DNA of 64,000 nt, from contig NW_026931863.1 in NCBI RefSeq assembly GCF_032062105.1, positions 248,001-312,000 on the forward strand. Reading direction: 5' to 3'. A program made the translations under genes and the position numbers. This stretch comes from Saccostrea cucullata. Taxonomy: Eukaryota. Below, piece by piece: positions 39,932-52,668 of the stretch. Under the pieces are notes generated by a model. It was given only the letters and a program-made list of their open reading frames with translations, was not told where the DNA came from and searched no databases. The first letter of the stretch is position 1, and every line of letters begins with the position of its first letter.

Positions 39932-40525
39932 TGTATTATCGTTTTACTAACAGCGTGACAGTTTGCTTGATAGGGCGTGTTAAAATTTTGCATGCAGATT
40001 ATCATTTTTTCTCATCGATTGGATGTTTGATTTCAATAGAATCAATAATACTTTGCATATGAAACACAGAACACAGCAATACCACTGACAATACTGACCA
40101 ATCGCGTTGAATAAACAACAATTACATGTGAACGGACAAAGCAAGTTTTACTTCCTATAATGATGATATTGATAGAGCTACGTACATAGTACAACAGAAG
40201 CAGAGTAGCCTTACTAATTCCATTCTTTAAATTTTCTTATATGTATCCAAAAACCCATCCGGTCAAATCACAACAAATATAATACATGCTAAACGAAACG
40301 GGCTTTGACTGACCACGTGTTGCTGGTGATTACAAATGCTGTACTGGTAAACAATCCTTCACTGAGATTGGCCAGTATTATCAGGGAATTGTTTTATTCC
40401 GAGTTTCATATTCAAATTAGTATTGATTCCATTGATCCAATCGATGAGTAAAATGATAATCAGCACACAAAGTTTTAGCACGCCCCATCAAGCAAACTGT
40501 CACGCTGTTTGTAAAATGATAATAT
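39932..40525. mobile_element. Foldback/MITE-like element with ~170 bp imperfect inverted arms
   Basis: Left arm ..AACAGCGTGACAGTTTGCTTGAT..CATCGATTGGAT..AATACTGACCAATC (39932-40103) pairs with right arm GATTGGCCAGTATT..ATCCAATCGATG..ATCAAGCAAACTGTCACGCTGTT (40366-40525). Confidence 0.75.
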
Positions 40526-41928
40526 ACATCTGTATATTTTCAAAGCCCTGCGTCTCATAATTCAGAAGACACAAGTCTAAAGAGAAATTCAGACACGAAG
40601 CATACGAGGGGGGTGGGGGGGGGGTGCTGGCCCTCACCCGTACTTTTTTAAAAAAAGGGGTCGCCCCCTGTTTTGTTGTAGTATAGTAAAATAAGGGTAA
40701 TGACTAAGATAGATTCAGACACCAAGGGGGACAGCCCCCCGGCCTCCACCTTTTCCAAATAGGCTGGTTGCCCTTCCCCACCCCACTTTTTGTTACATTA
40801 TAGTAAATTAAGGGTAATGCTTTCCTTTTTTTTTTGGCTTGTCCAGTTTTTTTTTTACCAGTTAGATTGAATTTTTTTTCCTCTCTCTCTCTGATTGCCC
40901 CCCCCCCCTTTTTTTTCAAAAACGATATGCTACATATCTGAGATTTGCCTTTCAGGTTATTTATGAAAATTAGTTCAAATGTCAAGTAGACCTTCTACTG
41001 GTATTTTTCATCATATGTCTTATGACAAACGGTGCATCCCAGGTGAAATGATTGCTCAGCATCACCCTTCTCTGCAGGTGACACGAAAATAAGGCAAAGT
41101 GCAAAAGATTTGCATCACATGGAATTAGAACAAAAATCATAAAGCATGTAGCATTTATTTCTCACAACATTTACATATTTGATGTGAAAAATAAAACACC
41201 AAATTTATATTGAATCATACCACATTCTTATCCGATACAACATGGATTATACTGAAGATGATGATTGACAAAGATTTGATTTTCATAAAATAAATATATA
41301 TTCATTATCAATAGACTTTGTATACTCATGTGATGCTACTTTATGTATATATACATGTAGATGAAACTTGCTCAAGAATCACACTTTTGTAATGACTGTG
41401 CCATCTGCAAGTTACAGTATCTGAATGACTTGGCCTTGGAAGATAATTGCTATTTGCCAGACTGATTTTTAATTTACTTTATTTCATTTTTTTCTCAACA
41501 TAACAATCTAAGATTTATTTAACATTCAAAAATCAAAATCACCATAAATTAAGATAAAGGGGAAAATAAAACTGTCTAGTTTGCCATGTATTTTTCTCCT
41601 TTTTTGCATGATACTATATACCATATCTTAATTATAAATGTAAAATGAACTGGTGAAGAAAACATCTGTGACACAGAATAAAACTGACTCCTTCAATTCA
41701 GTGTACAGAAATAATCCAATATGGCAATAAAAAGAGCACAAATATTAACAAATGAAACCAAATCCTGTTTTTATTAGAGTATCACCATTGTTGATCATTA
41801 TTATTAATCATCAAATAGTTATATCTTTAAATTAAAGATGCACCGACAAATAAATTACCAGGTATTTTACAAAAATTCAGGCAAGAGACATCCAAGTCTT
41901 TATAATTGAAAAACTTTGTTAAATCAGA

Positions 41929-43387
41929 TTAACTGTCCTCTGGACATTCTGCTCTTTGGTCTGGTTTTGACCTTAGGTACCATTCTACCCACGCTCCATC
42001 ATACACAGGAACGGTCTTACCCAGAGTGGATGCTGCAAATGACAGAACACACGCAGACACACCTAAAAAATAAAATAACAAATGTTTAAAGTTTGTACTT
42101 TGCATGTTGCCCTTCAGATTTATTTTTTTAAATTAAGCATGAAGTATCCAAATAATGGAAAGGCAATTTTCTAGATATGTTTTTATAGCATCTTTAATGA
42201 AAATACATGCATAAATAACCTTCATTTATTAAAAAAAAACTTCAACACAAATATGAAACTATGAACAAAATTATGGGCATTTATAAAGAAATCAAGAATG
42301 CCTGTCGATTTCATCCATATGGTAAAGAATGGGAGAGACTTGTTGAAGGTTTGAATCTTTACCAGAGCCACACGAAGCCACTATTGGTTGCTTCAGGTCT
42401 ATTCCAGTTTTCAAAAACATTTCTTCCAGCTCTTCAGGAGATTTCAAGGTCCCAGTATTCTTATCCACCACTTCTCCATAAGGAATATTTTTGGCAAGAG
42501 GAATGTGCCCTGGTTTAATTCCTAAACAATATATATTCCATCAATTTTCACAAGATATTTGCCTATTAGTTTGATCAATACATTCTTTAAATCAGCTTAT
42601 CAATACAACTCAAAGAGGCATAAAGTCAACTCAGAGAGGCATATTCAAGCATAAATGAACAGTGACTTAATCAAATCTATGTTTCAGCAGCTTTGAAAGC
42701 AAATTGAAATTTTTTTATTAATTTTCTACAGCTTCTACATAATAGTGATTGTATAACTATATTGGTCATAAAAGTATATCTCTATAAATAAATATAATCT
42801 AATTTACCAGGTCTTGGTTCTGGGCCTGTTCCATGAAATCTATCCGCACCTCTAGCATCAACAACTTGGAAAATCTTTGAGTTTAGATTATTTTCAACAT
42901 CTTCAAAACTTTTAACCAAATCTGGGTTAAACTTTGGATTAAAAGTTTCTGTCTTCACATTTTCTATTGTGTTTGATGTTGGTAATCCATCCTCACACCA
43001 TTTCTTAAAGCCTCCATTTAAAACTGAAACTTTTGTATGTCCAAATACATGAAACATCCACCAGGCTCTTGGAGCTGAGAAGAAGCCATAACCATCTGAA
43101 GCATCATAGACAATGACATGTGTGTCATTGCTTATTCCTAGTTTACCCACATATGCTGCAAAATCCTGTGGGTTCGGCAGCATATGTTCGTATTTTGAGG
43201 TATTATCACAGCAGTCTGCAATACTGAAAAACTGAGCACCAGGAATATGTTTCTGTTTAAATTCTTCATAAGGATCTCTCTTGGCTTTTGGTAGATAGTA
43301 AGAGGAATCTAGTATTCTGAGTTTGGAGGGAGCATTTGAGATGGTATCAAAAAGCCATTTTGTAGAAACTAGAGACTTGAAACTCAT
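41929..43387 (-). CDS. MPST: 3-mercaptopyruvate sulfurtransferase (double rhodanese), ~290 aa
   Basis: Exons 43387-42808, 42521-42363, 42062-41929 (873 nt). Motifs LVSTKWL, HIPGAQFF, HMLP, APRAWWMF, VLNGG, VVDARGADRF.G..PEPR, GHIP, VYDGAWVEW. Active-site loop SCGSGVSAC is MPST-type rather than TST-type CRKGVT. Confidence 0.9.
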
Positions 43388-44378
43388 TCTGCAAAGAGTC
43401 GTCTGGTTGCTGGATCAAATGATTCACCTATATGTCCTGACTTTTGGAAAATTCTCTTTCTCACAAATGTATAAGTTTTATGATGAGCTTCTGAGGTTCC
43501 TGTCTAGACAGCCTGTTAAATGCAAGACCTGAAGAAAAGGAAGATCATTTTAATCTTCATTAAACTAAAGATAAAAGAAAATCAAATGATAAAGGCCATA
43601 AAGCCCATAGTTCATGAGTAATTTAAATGTACCCATATGTGTCGCAAAAATTGGATTCTTCTATTTTGAGGTTTAAGACTTAACAAAATATCCAACACTG
43701 AGACTGACTTCATAAGAAAAATAAATATTGAGCATCCAACATAAGCAACAAATGTTTAAAAAGATTATTTGCTGTATTAATTTAATTGAATATTAATTCA
43801 CAATACACAGTATACTTAAAATATAAATTCAAATCAACAGCAATTTAAATATCTAAGTATTGGCCGGTTATAAAGTAGAGATGTTATATCATTTTCAAAC
43901 ACTATGATGATTATGTTAATGAGTTCTTTTATCTGATTTGGGGATAGACCTAGGCTAAAGCAAACAATTTGGCAAATGATTTGATTTGCTTTCACTTGTT
44001 TTGGGCACACAGTGGCTTGCAGTTGATTAACATTACTGATAAAAACATTGAGGTTTGATAATAAAGGTAATTGATGTTTCATTGCTGGGTATACAGAATA
44101 CCTGGGTATACACATACAGACACATAAAACGAAAACCTCTAGAACTTGTCATGTGTCCTTTTCCTCTGAGTTCCTGTATTTTGTAAACATCCCTTACATC
44201 ATTAAGAAAATTACAAATTTCTCAAGATATTAAATCGTTACTGAAAAACTAAAATGTTATCTTTTAATTATTTTTATAATTTGAATTTAATTTGCTATCG
44301 TTAAATATATGATTTTTCCTATATTCAAAGATTTTATTTTTTTTATCGTGGATATAAGGGGTTGTTGTCATGATAAAG

Positions 44379-47300
44379 ATGGCCGACGAGGAGGAACAGG
44401 AACCAAATAATACGTCAGAGAATGTTAAATTTCCATCAGAACGCTCGGCCAGACAAGCTAAAAAGAACGCCAGATTAACACAAATTATCCTCAAGAATGA
44501 AAGAAATGCAGCTACGAGACTTGTATGCATATATTTTAGAAATTCTTTTTGTGTATTTTCTCTCAAAATGACATTGAGATTGGTGGGTTGACAGAATTTT
44601 GTTCAATATGCTGCATTCTTCATACATTCAAAACTTTTTAATCATATGCTTTGTATGAAATTGACAAGAAAGTGTAACGTAATCAAGCTATACAGCTTAA
44701 ATAAGAATTGATTGTGCTGGACATGCTATTTGCATGTTTGTTTATATTCATATTGGATAATTTAATCTAAACAATACAGTGTATTTTATTCACAAATCTA
44801 GACGTGAATATGACTGCATGGGCAGCAGGCTCAGTCTATTTTAGCCCTTTCCCTTAACATAAAAACTATTTGCTTTCTTGTGCGTAAATTATTTGGACTT
44901 CATTTGCATATTCAGATATTTTACTGCGATGCTGATAACTCTTTTCCAACATTATATTCTTAATCTTGGATAGATTTGTATGTAGATATCAAGTATACTC
45001 ATTATCAATTATATCATTTGTGAGTGTAGGATTTGTAAGTATATACAAATTAACAAATTGATGAACAAATTAATTGAAGAAGTTAATAATTGAAAAAAAT
45101 GAATTCTTAGTGATCATCTATATATTGGGTGATCATAGGTCACTACTCACTTGTTGCCTGCTGAATTTCGATCCTTTCATTGCATTAGATAAAGTTCCAA
45201 ACATAACAATCTAATTAATTTACAGGGATTTATCTAGCTATTTTGTTTTACTACCGTTTTATATGTAAAGGGGAAAAATGAGAGCCGCAGAAATAGCAAT
45301 ATGAGCGCCGGAGGCGCAAAAGAAATATTTAATTTGAGGGGTTACAGTTGTGCCCCCCCATAAAATTTTTAAAGAAATGGAGCAAAATCCTGCATTCTTA
45401 GAGCTTCTGAGGGTCATTTGTGGACCTTTACAAAGGCCACAAAAACTTCACTTTTTGGGCAAAATACTAAATAACACACACAAAAAAAAATTTAACCAGG
45501 TCAGGATTTTATTTAATTTTTTCTCTAAATATATATCACAAATCAATTCTGTTTTTCATGTTTCACTACTAACATTGTTTTTGTTGTTACTCCATTCTTC
45601 CGATTCATAGTGATATAAGCTCCATCTAACTCATCTACACTTTTCTTTTTAACTCTGCAATCGCACGCGTATCTTTCGACATCATGGACTTGGCACATGT
45701 TTACCGATCAATATCAAATAAAAGCTTGAATAATATATTCTTTCTTTTAAAAGCGTTTGAATGACTAGGATGGTAAATTAGCTGTAAAACTTCAATCGGA
45801 CAAAAACGGAAAATTTCAGAACAATGTTTTAAGTATATTCTCCGTTTAATCGGAGAATTTTAATTGAAAAAGGGGAATTTTTGCACCTTTTTCAAGAGGG
45901 GAAAGGTACCGTTTACCGGTAGTAAAAACAGCCTTGATAAATCCCTGATTTAATAGGTTTTATTTCATTATCTTTGAGAATAAAAATAATTATATTTGAC
46001 TTAGATAGTGTGAGAATATCAAAAAGATGATGTACATGCACTAAATCAGTAAATGATAGGGTCTGCAAAATTTCAAGAAGTTATGAATTTCTGTTTTATA
46101 GCTGTTCCAAACAAATGATCATGTAATTAAATAAAAATATTCAATTGTCTGCCTTTTTGATTTTAGGTTTCAGCAATTCTGAAGAAAGCTGCAAGTGACA
46201 GGACAACTGAGGAATTGGAAGTTTTGTCAAAGTCGCCTGAATTAACAAGTCGACTCCAGAAGCTAGCCAAAAAAAGAGATGCAGCAAAATCAAGACATCT
46301 TGAGGTATTGCAAAATTTTATGAAAAGCAATAAATTAGTTACCTGAGTAAATTCTTCATCTCAAACTTCCTCAAAACCTTTACCAAAGAGCAGGACAATA
46401 CCATGTATTATTGTATATAAAATTTTATACTGTATTTTCACAACACCTTTTCCCCCATGAAATATATATATATATTCTATACATGGAACAAAATCTTTAT
46501 GTATTTGATTTTCAACTCTCAATGGTTAAGAGCATTAATGTAACATACTGTAAAAGCAGAAATATTCGTGGGGGATTAAATTTCGTTTATTTCGTTGTTA
46601 ACAATTTTCAACGAAATTAAATCCCACACGAAATTTTGTATGACTATATATTGAATAAGGTTACTTTCAAAACAACGAAATTAAATGCCCACGAAACTAT
46701 TTTATATGACAAATCAACGAAATTTTACCCCCACGAAAATTTGTGCTTCTACAGTATCCAGTACAATAATGGAAAAAAATTGGCATATTGAACAAGTCCA
46801 CTGTAGCACTGGTTTCAGCATTCATGGCAGTGCAGGTGGCCAACAAGTGAATTTTACTCAAAGATTTTGAAAAGTGTAATTTGACAAAATTCTTGAGATA
46901 TCAAAAAGAAATTTTGGGCATGAAAAGTTCATCTTAAAAATTACAAAAGATGCAAAAATTGCACAAGTTGACATTAATTCTTCAATACCTTAAGGTGGAG
47001 GATCCAGAGGATGTGTTGCAGTGTAAGTGCCAACAACTTGCCCAAGCCATTCAAGCCTCAAATAAAGTGGTGGTGTACACAGGTGCTGGCATTAGTACTG
47101 TAAGTATACAGAGTGCAATATTTCATGGCTTGTACAGGTGCTGGATAAAGCACTGCAAATAACAAAATACAATATTAATTATTTGATAGATTGTAGAAGT
47201 GCTGCCGGTTCAGGATTAAGCACTGCAATTTCAAGAGTTCAATGTATTTGTATAGTGTACATTACATTTTCACTGTCACTAGTAATATATAAATGTTCAT

Positions 47301-50300
47301 ATTAAGTCATAATTTTACTGAGGCATGCAGCTGGCCAAAATATACAAAATGATAATTTTGAAATGTAGAATTGCCTTAAAAAAAAGTATGAATGGTTATT
47401 TTCTTTAAAAAAAAATCTTATTATAGGCTGCTTCCATTCCTGACTACAGAGGACCCAATGGAGTGTGGACTTTATTGCAGAAAGGCCAACAACCTGAGTT
47501 TGTTTTCATTTTTGAATTTCATTTAGGAATTTTTTTTTTTACAATTCATTGACAAAATGTTTAACACTATGGCATAAGTTAAGCATAGTTTTTTTTTCAG
47601 TTTTTATGATAACTCCGTAAAGGTTTTATCAAATTTACAATATCAGAAAATCATATTTATCTGGCAATAACTTTCATAAATTCTTTGATAAACTTAAGAT
47701 TTCAGTTTTTATACCCCCGCAAATGAAGTTTAGGGGGCTATATTGGAATCACCATGTCCGTCTGTCCGTCCGTCTGTAGACAAGATTTTGTCCGGACCGT
47801 TTCCCAGAAACTGTTGGATGGATTTGTCTGAAAATTTATACACTTATTATTCACCATATTAACCCTTATCCTGCCGAGATAGTTTTGGCTTATCAGCACA
47901 GCTGCTGCCGCGAAAGTTCAGTGTAAACAAACCAGTCAAAGGGAATGCAGAAAACTTTGTTATCTGCCTGTATTATCTTTATTTTTCTAATTACACTAAT
48001 GCAATCTGCAGAAAACTTGCACAGCATAAATATCCCTATCTTTCGATATAATATTTATAAATATATTTTTTATATTTATAAGAAATACATGCATACTATA
48101 AAGACAACTAAAAAAGATGTGTTTATTAATAAATTAAGCTATAATTAATATTTACTCAGTGTGTATGTTAAACCTCAGCATCAATATTCTCCTCATTAAT
48201 AGATTCTTCATCTGAAACCGTCATATCTAATACTTCATCTGAATTAAAGCCACGCAGATTTCTGTTAGCCATTTTAGAAACTCTCTTTGTTTTGATACTT
48301 TCCTCATTTTGCCCCAGATTTCACACCTACCATCACTGATTGGTTCAGTATTTTTATAAAACTATTTTCATTGGTCTGTATTTTTGTTACTTTGATTCAT
48401 ACATCTTACTACAGTGCTGAAAATAGCTTGGAATGTAGCATCATATGAGGAAACCCCCCAAAACGACCTGAGGTCGCGATTGGCAGCAGCGGTACTGATA
48501 AGCCATCACGACTCTAGGTCGCGATTGGCAGGATAAGGGTTAAGGTGTGCACCTGGTATTTTCATCATGATTGGATGATTTTTCTGCATTTTACAGGCGT
48601 TTTTTCTTTTTTATTTTGTGATTTTGTTTTGCTCATAACTAGAAAACTATTAGACTTACAATCATCAAACTTGGACAATTTATGCATCTTGGGTAGAAGG
48701 TGTGTCACGACCTATTTCAAGGTCACGTTGACCTTTAATTTAAGTGATTTTTAAAAAAAAAACTAAGTCTTTAAAATTTTAAATTTCATAATCCTAAAAA
48801 ATGTAAAAATATAGTTGTATCCTTATTAAAAAATGCTAAATTAAGTAAAAACTTATTTTTTCATCATATTCTTTACAGCAAATTCTGTAACAAATGTTAA
48901 TGTTTTGAGAGGAATTCAGTTTGTCCCATGGGCATAATTATCAAGCACTGGTCAAGGAGAATTTTGATAGCAGAAATGTGCATGTCAAATTAGAGAGAAA
49001 TTAATGAGTTCATTATCGGGAGTTAACTGGCAAGAGCATCTCTAGATCCGATCATGCAGTGTTATCTTAATTTATCTCTTGGGAGTTGGGCAAAAAGAAA
49101 TGACCTTATATTTGGTGTAATGTAATTAAGAGTTCTTGATGGCTGTAGTCCAGATAAAGATCTTTCAATTGGTGTAATGTAATTAAAATAAATTGATGTT
49201 TTAGTGTATGATTAAAACTGAATTAGTATTGTATAATATAATTAAAATTAAACTATACATGTGTTCATTGAAAAAAAAAAATGCATTTCAATTTTTATAT
49301 ATTTGCAACAAATTGCAGTCATGTCTCAGAATTTTAAATAGTTTAAAGAATAATTAATTTTTGATTTTTTTTTATTAGACTGTAGCATTTCCATTATTTC
49401 ATAAAATATGCAATAAACAATTTGAAGTTGCAGATGGATATTTATTAAGCTCTAACACAGCCAGTTTAGAATTATATGATGTATTATTTGTTTTAACATG
49501 ATAAGAAATGGAAATTAGATCATTGAAATCTGTGTCAATCTGTTAATCAAGGTTACTTGATTTTCTTGCACCCTAACCAATTTATGATTATTGAACAATA
49601 TTTGACGGGCGTATCATGCTGTGGCGGGGCACTTTATTAGACAATAGTGAACACCTCTTACTAGATCCATAAGATATTTCTGAATTGGCACCTACTCTGA
49701 AAACCCAGCGGGGGTATTTGTCCCTATTGGACAGTTCTAGTTTATATCTGTTTATACAGGGCCCAAGATTTGAGTGATGCAGAGCCTACACTAACACACA
49801 TGAGCATCACCCAGCTTTACAGAAAGGGACATGTAAGTAAATTACCATTTAAAGAATCTTATATTTATGACATTTTATTTTACATTTAGTTCCAATAGTT
49901 GAGTTGTTAGAAGTACATGTGCTTGGTGTTTATTTTTTGTAGATAAAACATGTGGTCTCTCAGAACTGTGATGGTCTCCATTTAAGAAGTGGATTTCCTC
50001 GACAGATCTTATCTGAAGTACATGGCAACATGTATATCGAGGTTAGGACTACATATACCATGAACAAGTTTATAAATTAATATTTGGACAACCATTTCTT
50101 CAAAGTAACTTGTATTATTGGTTCCAAGAAAACTGGCTGGATTAGACAACATTCCAGATTAGACAACATTTTGAACAATAAAAAGGATTTTAATTTAACA
50201 TTGTATTAGGCAACATTTTGGACTATTCAACAACCAGATTAGACAAGTTTCACTGTAAATTGTTTTTTTTTTCATGTAATTTTTGTTTCACAATATATAT

Positions 50301-52668
50301 ATATTTTTTTAACATTTTTCTCAGGTGTGCACCCATTGTAAGCCTCAGGTAGAGCATATCCGATTATTCGATGTGACAGAGAAGACGGGGGTTCGACGCC
50401 ACAGCACTGACAGATCTTGTCACATCTGTGGGAAACCACTGAAGGACACCATTGTTCACTTCGGCGAAAAGGGTGGACTCAAGTCTCCTTACAGATGGAA
50501 GGAGGCCGCAAAAGCTGCTAACAACTGTGATATTATTCTATGTCTTGGAACCAGTTTAAAGGTAAGTACAAGCACAAATATCAAAAGTTAGGGACTTTAA
50601 TATTGATGCAGTATCTGATTATGAAATTTGACAAACCATACCTTAAATACATGTAGGTTTGGGTTTATATACATGTTTGAAATGAAATTGTATAACATTA
50701 ATGTTATTTTTGAAGAAGGAAGGGGGAGAATAAATTTGTTTTATTAACATGAAATAAAAAGATTACAATGCTAAATTGTCTGATTAATATTTGAATAGAT
50801 ATTAAAGAAGTATCCTTGCCTATGGTGTATGGACAGAAGACTCCACAAACGACCTAAACTGTTCATTGTCAATCTTCAGTGGACTCCCAAAGACGACACA
50901 GCTACACTGAAGATAAATGGTAGGATAACAGTAAATTTAATCATTCATCATCCCATTGCATTGTTCTTTCCTTGAACAGTTAAAAATTCAGCTGGATCAT
51001 GTTTATTTTTTACAGGTCGCTGTGATGAAGTCATGAAGAGAGTTTTAGAGATGATGAGGATACCCCTTCTTACTTACAACAGGTGATTTTACATTTTATT
51101 CCTATATGGTTTTCTGATTTTTCTGATATACATGTAAATGATAGTGATTTCATAGCCATTGCAACCTTTTTTATTGTAAAAGTGAATTTATTTCAACACA
51201 TGTACATCATGTGAATCGGCAGGAAAGCCATATGGTTGGCTCATTTTTTTTTTCCAATACCAGCTTTTATGTAAATTTAATGCTAATTTTATAACAAAGG
51301 ATAGTTATAAAATTTGAGGAAAACTAACACATTCTTCATCTTAAAAACTTATTGCATCAATAACTGCATAAATGTACACTTTTTATAGCCTTATATTTAC
51401 CAATGTTCAATGTTTTATAGTATACCATAGAACTTTGTTTAACATAAAGATGTCTTTACATTTTCAGAGAGGATGACCCAATTTTCAGCATGTTTTCAGA
51501 TCTAAAGAGATCTGAAAGACTTTCAACATCAAAGAAAATACTCATGATACCTAATACTCTTCACAAAAGGAAAAATAGGAAACCGACCAAAGAACTCGAC
51601 AAAGTGAATATGCAAAAAGAGGAACCACCAAAAGAAGAGAAACCAAAGGAGCCTTTGTCTGTGAACTGTACAATGGGGAGTAGTGTCCCTGTCCAACCCT
51701 TTGTTTCCCCAACAGACACAAGACCAGGACCACCTCCTTTACTTAATCCAAATAATGGTAATCTGTTTCCCCCCCTTCCAACATTCATGAACGGAACAAA
51801 TCAACTACCCCCACTCGTGCAACAATACCTTAATCTGAATGCACTTATTCTTGCCTCAAACATTCAACAGATGTCAAGTCAGTTACTGAACAATGCTTGT
51901 GAGAAGTGTAAGGTTAGACGAGATTTGAACTGTCGCTGTATGACTTCTTTGCCTCAGGGACTGGGAGTGCCCCTCCTTCCGAGATTGCCTCCCTTTCTTC
52001 CATTCCTGCCTCCCCAACCCTCTTTGCTGGATTACCCTCGGATGGGCATGCCAGCAGTCCCCCCTCACTGGCTTCCTTCTGCTCAGGGAATGTTTCAGCC
52101 CCCTTTAAGTGCACCTTCCAATAGCGTGCGTGCTATGCTGAATGACCACTGCTACCTCAACAAAGCTCAGATGCAAAAACTGTCTCCCCAAAGTCAGGTC
52201 TCGTCTCCTCCAGTCTCGCAAATACAACCTCCCCGGCAGAACAAAACCAAGTCTTCCGAGAATGAGATATCAAATCCTAGGATCAAAGTGGAATCATCCA
52301 AGTCTTCCCTAAAAAGAGAAAGAACTAATCATCCGTCTGTCACTTTTTCACTTGAGAGTCATTCAGATGAAGAAAGTCCTCGTCTGGCTACATCTAATCC
52401 AGACATCCAATTTCAGGACAATCGTGTGAAAGAGGAAAATCAAGAAAAACCTTTGAACAGCATTAACAAAAACAAATCATGGCCCTCTGTGATAACCAAT
52501 GACAATTTGACCTTGGAACGATCTGTGTCGGAACAGCTGATTTTTGATAAGACAAAGGAGGAAGAGGATGAGGCATCTCCAAACAAAAAACGAAAAATCG
52601 TACGAAGCACCTCCGTTCCCGGCTGGTTTGGGAAGGGACTGAATCTGAAAAAGAAAAGGAGAGTCTGA
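44379..52668 (+). CDS. SIRT7: NAD-dependent deacetylase sirtuin-7 with long C-terminal extension, ~751 aa
   Basis: Exons 44379-44522, 46167-46304, 46995-47099, 47427-47497, 49760-49832, 49943-50041, 50325-50561, 50799-50919, 51016-51082, 51468-52668 (2256 nt). Motifs [51 protein letters not shown], CxxC...Cxx[35 protein letters not shown], and a SIRT7-type GWFGKG terminus. Confidence 0.95.
45223..45947. mobile_element. Non-autonomous DNA transposon in SIRT7 intron 1
   Basis: TIRs CAGGGATTTATC..TTTTACTACCG / CGGTAGTAAAA..GATAAATCCCTG. Flanked by ATTTA on both sides (45218-45222, 45948-45952). Confidence 0.75.
46548..46754. mobile_element. MITE (CTGT termini, TA TSD) in SIRT7 intron 2
   Basis: TA|CTGTAAAAGCAGAAATATTCGTGGGG ... 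CCCCACGAAAATTTGTGCTTCTACAG|TA. Confidence 0.78.
47707..49741 (+). mobile_element. HINE/DINE-1-like Helentron element in SIRT7 intron 4
   Basis: 5' TTTTTATACCCCCGC with a gtcc/gtct microsatellite. 3' GCGGGGGTAT (inverted copy of the 5' motif), a short hairpin TGTCC-ctatt-GGACA, and CTAG|T. Confidence 0.7.
47863..48539. mobile_element. piggyBac-type MITE nested in the HINE
   Basis: TTAA|CCCTTATCCTGCC ... GGCAGGATAAGGG|TTAA, plus a subterminal inverted repeat GGCTTATCAG..GCTGCTGCC / GGCAGCAGC..CTGATAAGCC. Confidence 0.88.

Noticed and set aside
42363-42521. Possible frameshift or pseudogenisation in MPST exon 2
   Set aside because: Careful re-reading gives an intact frame (EELEEMFLKTGIDLKQPIVASCGS) that joins exon 3 in phase.
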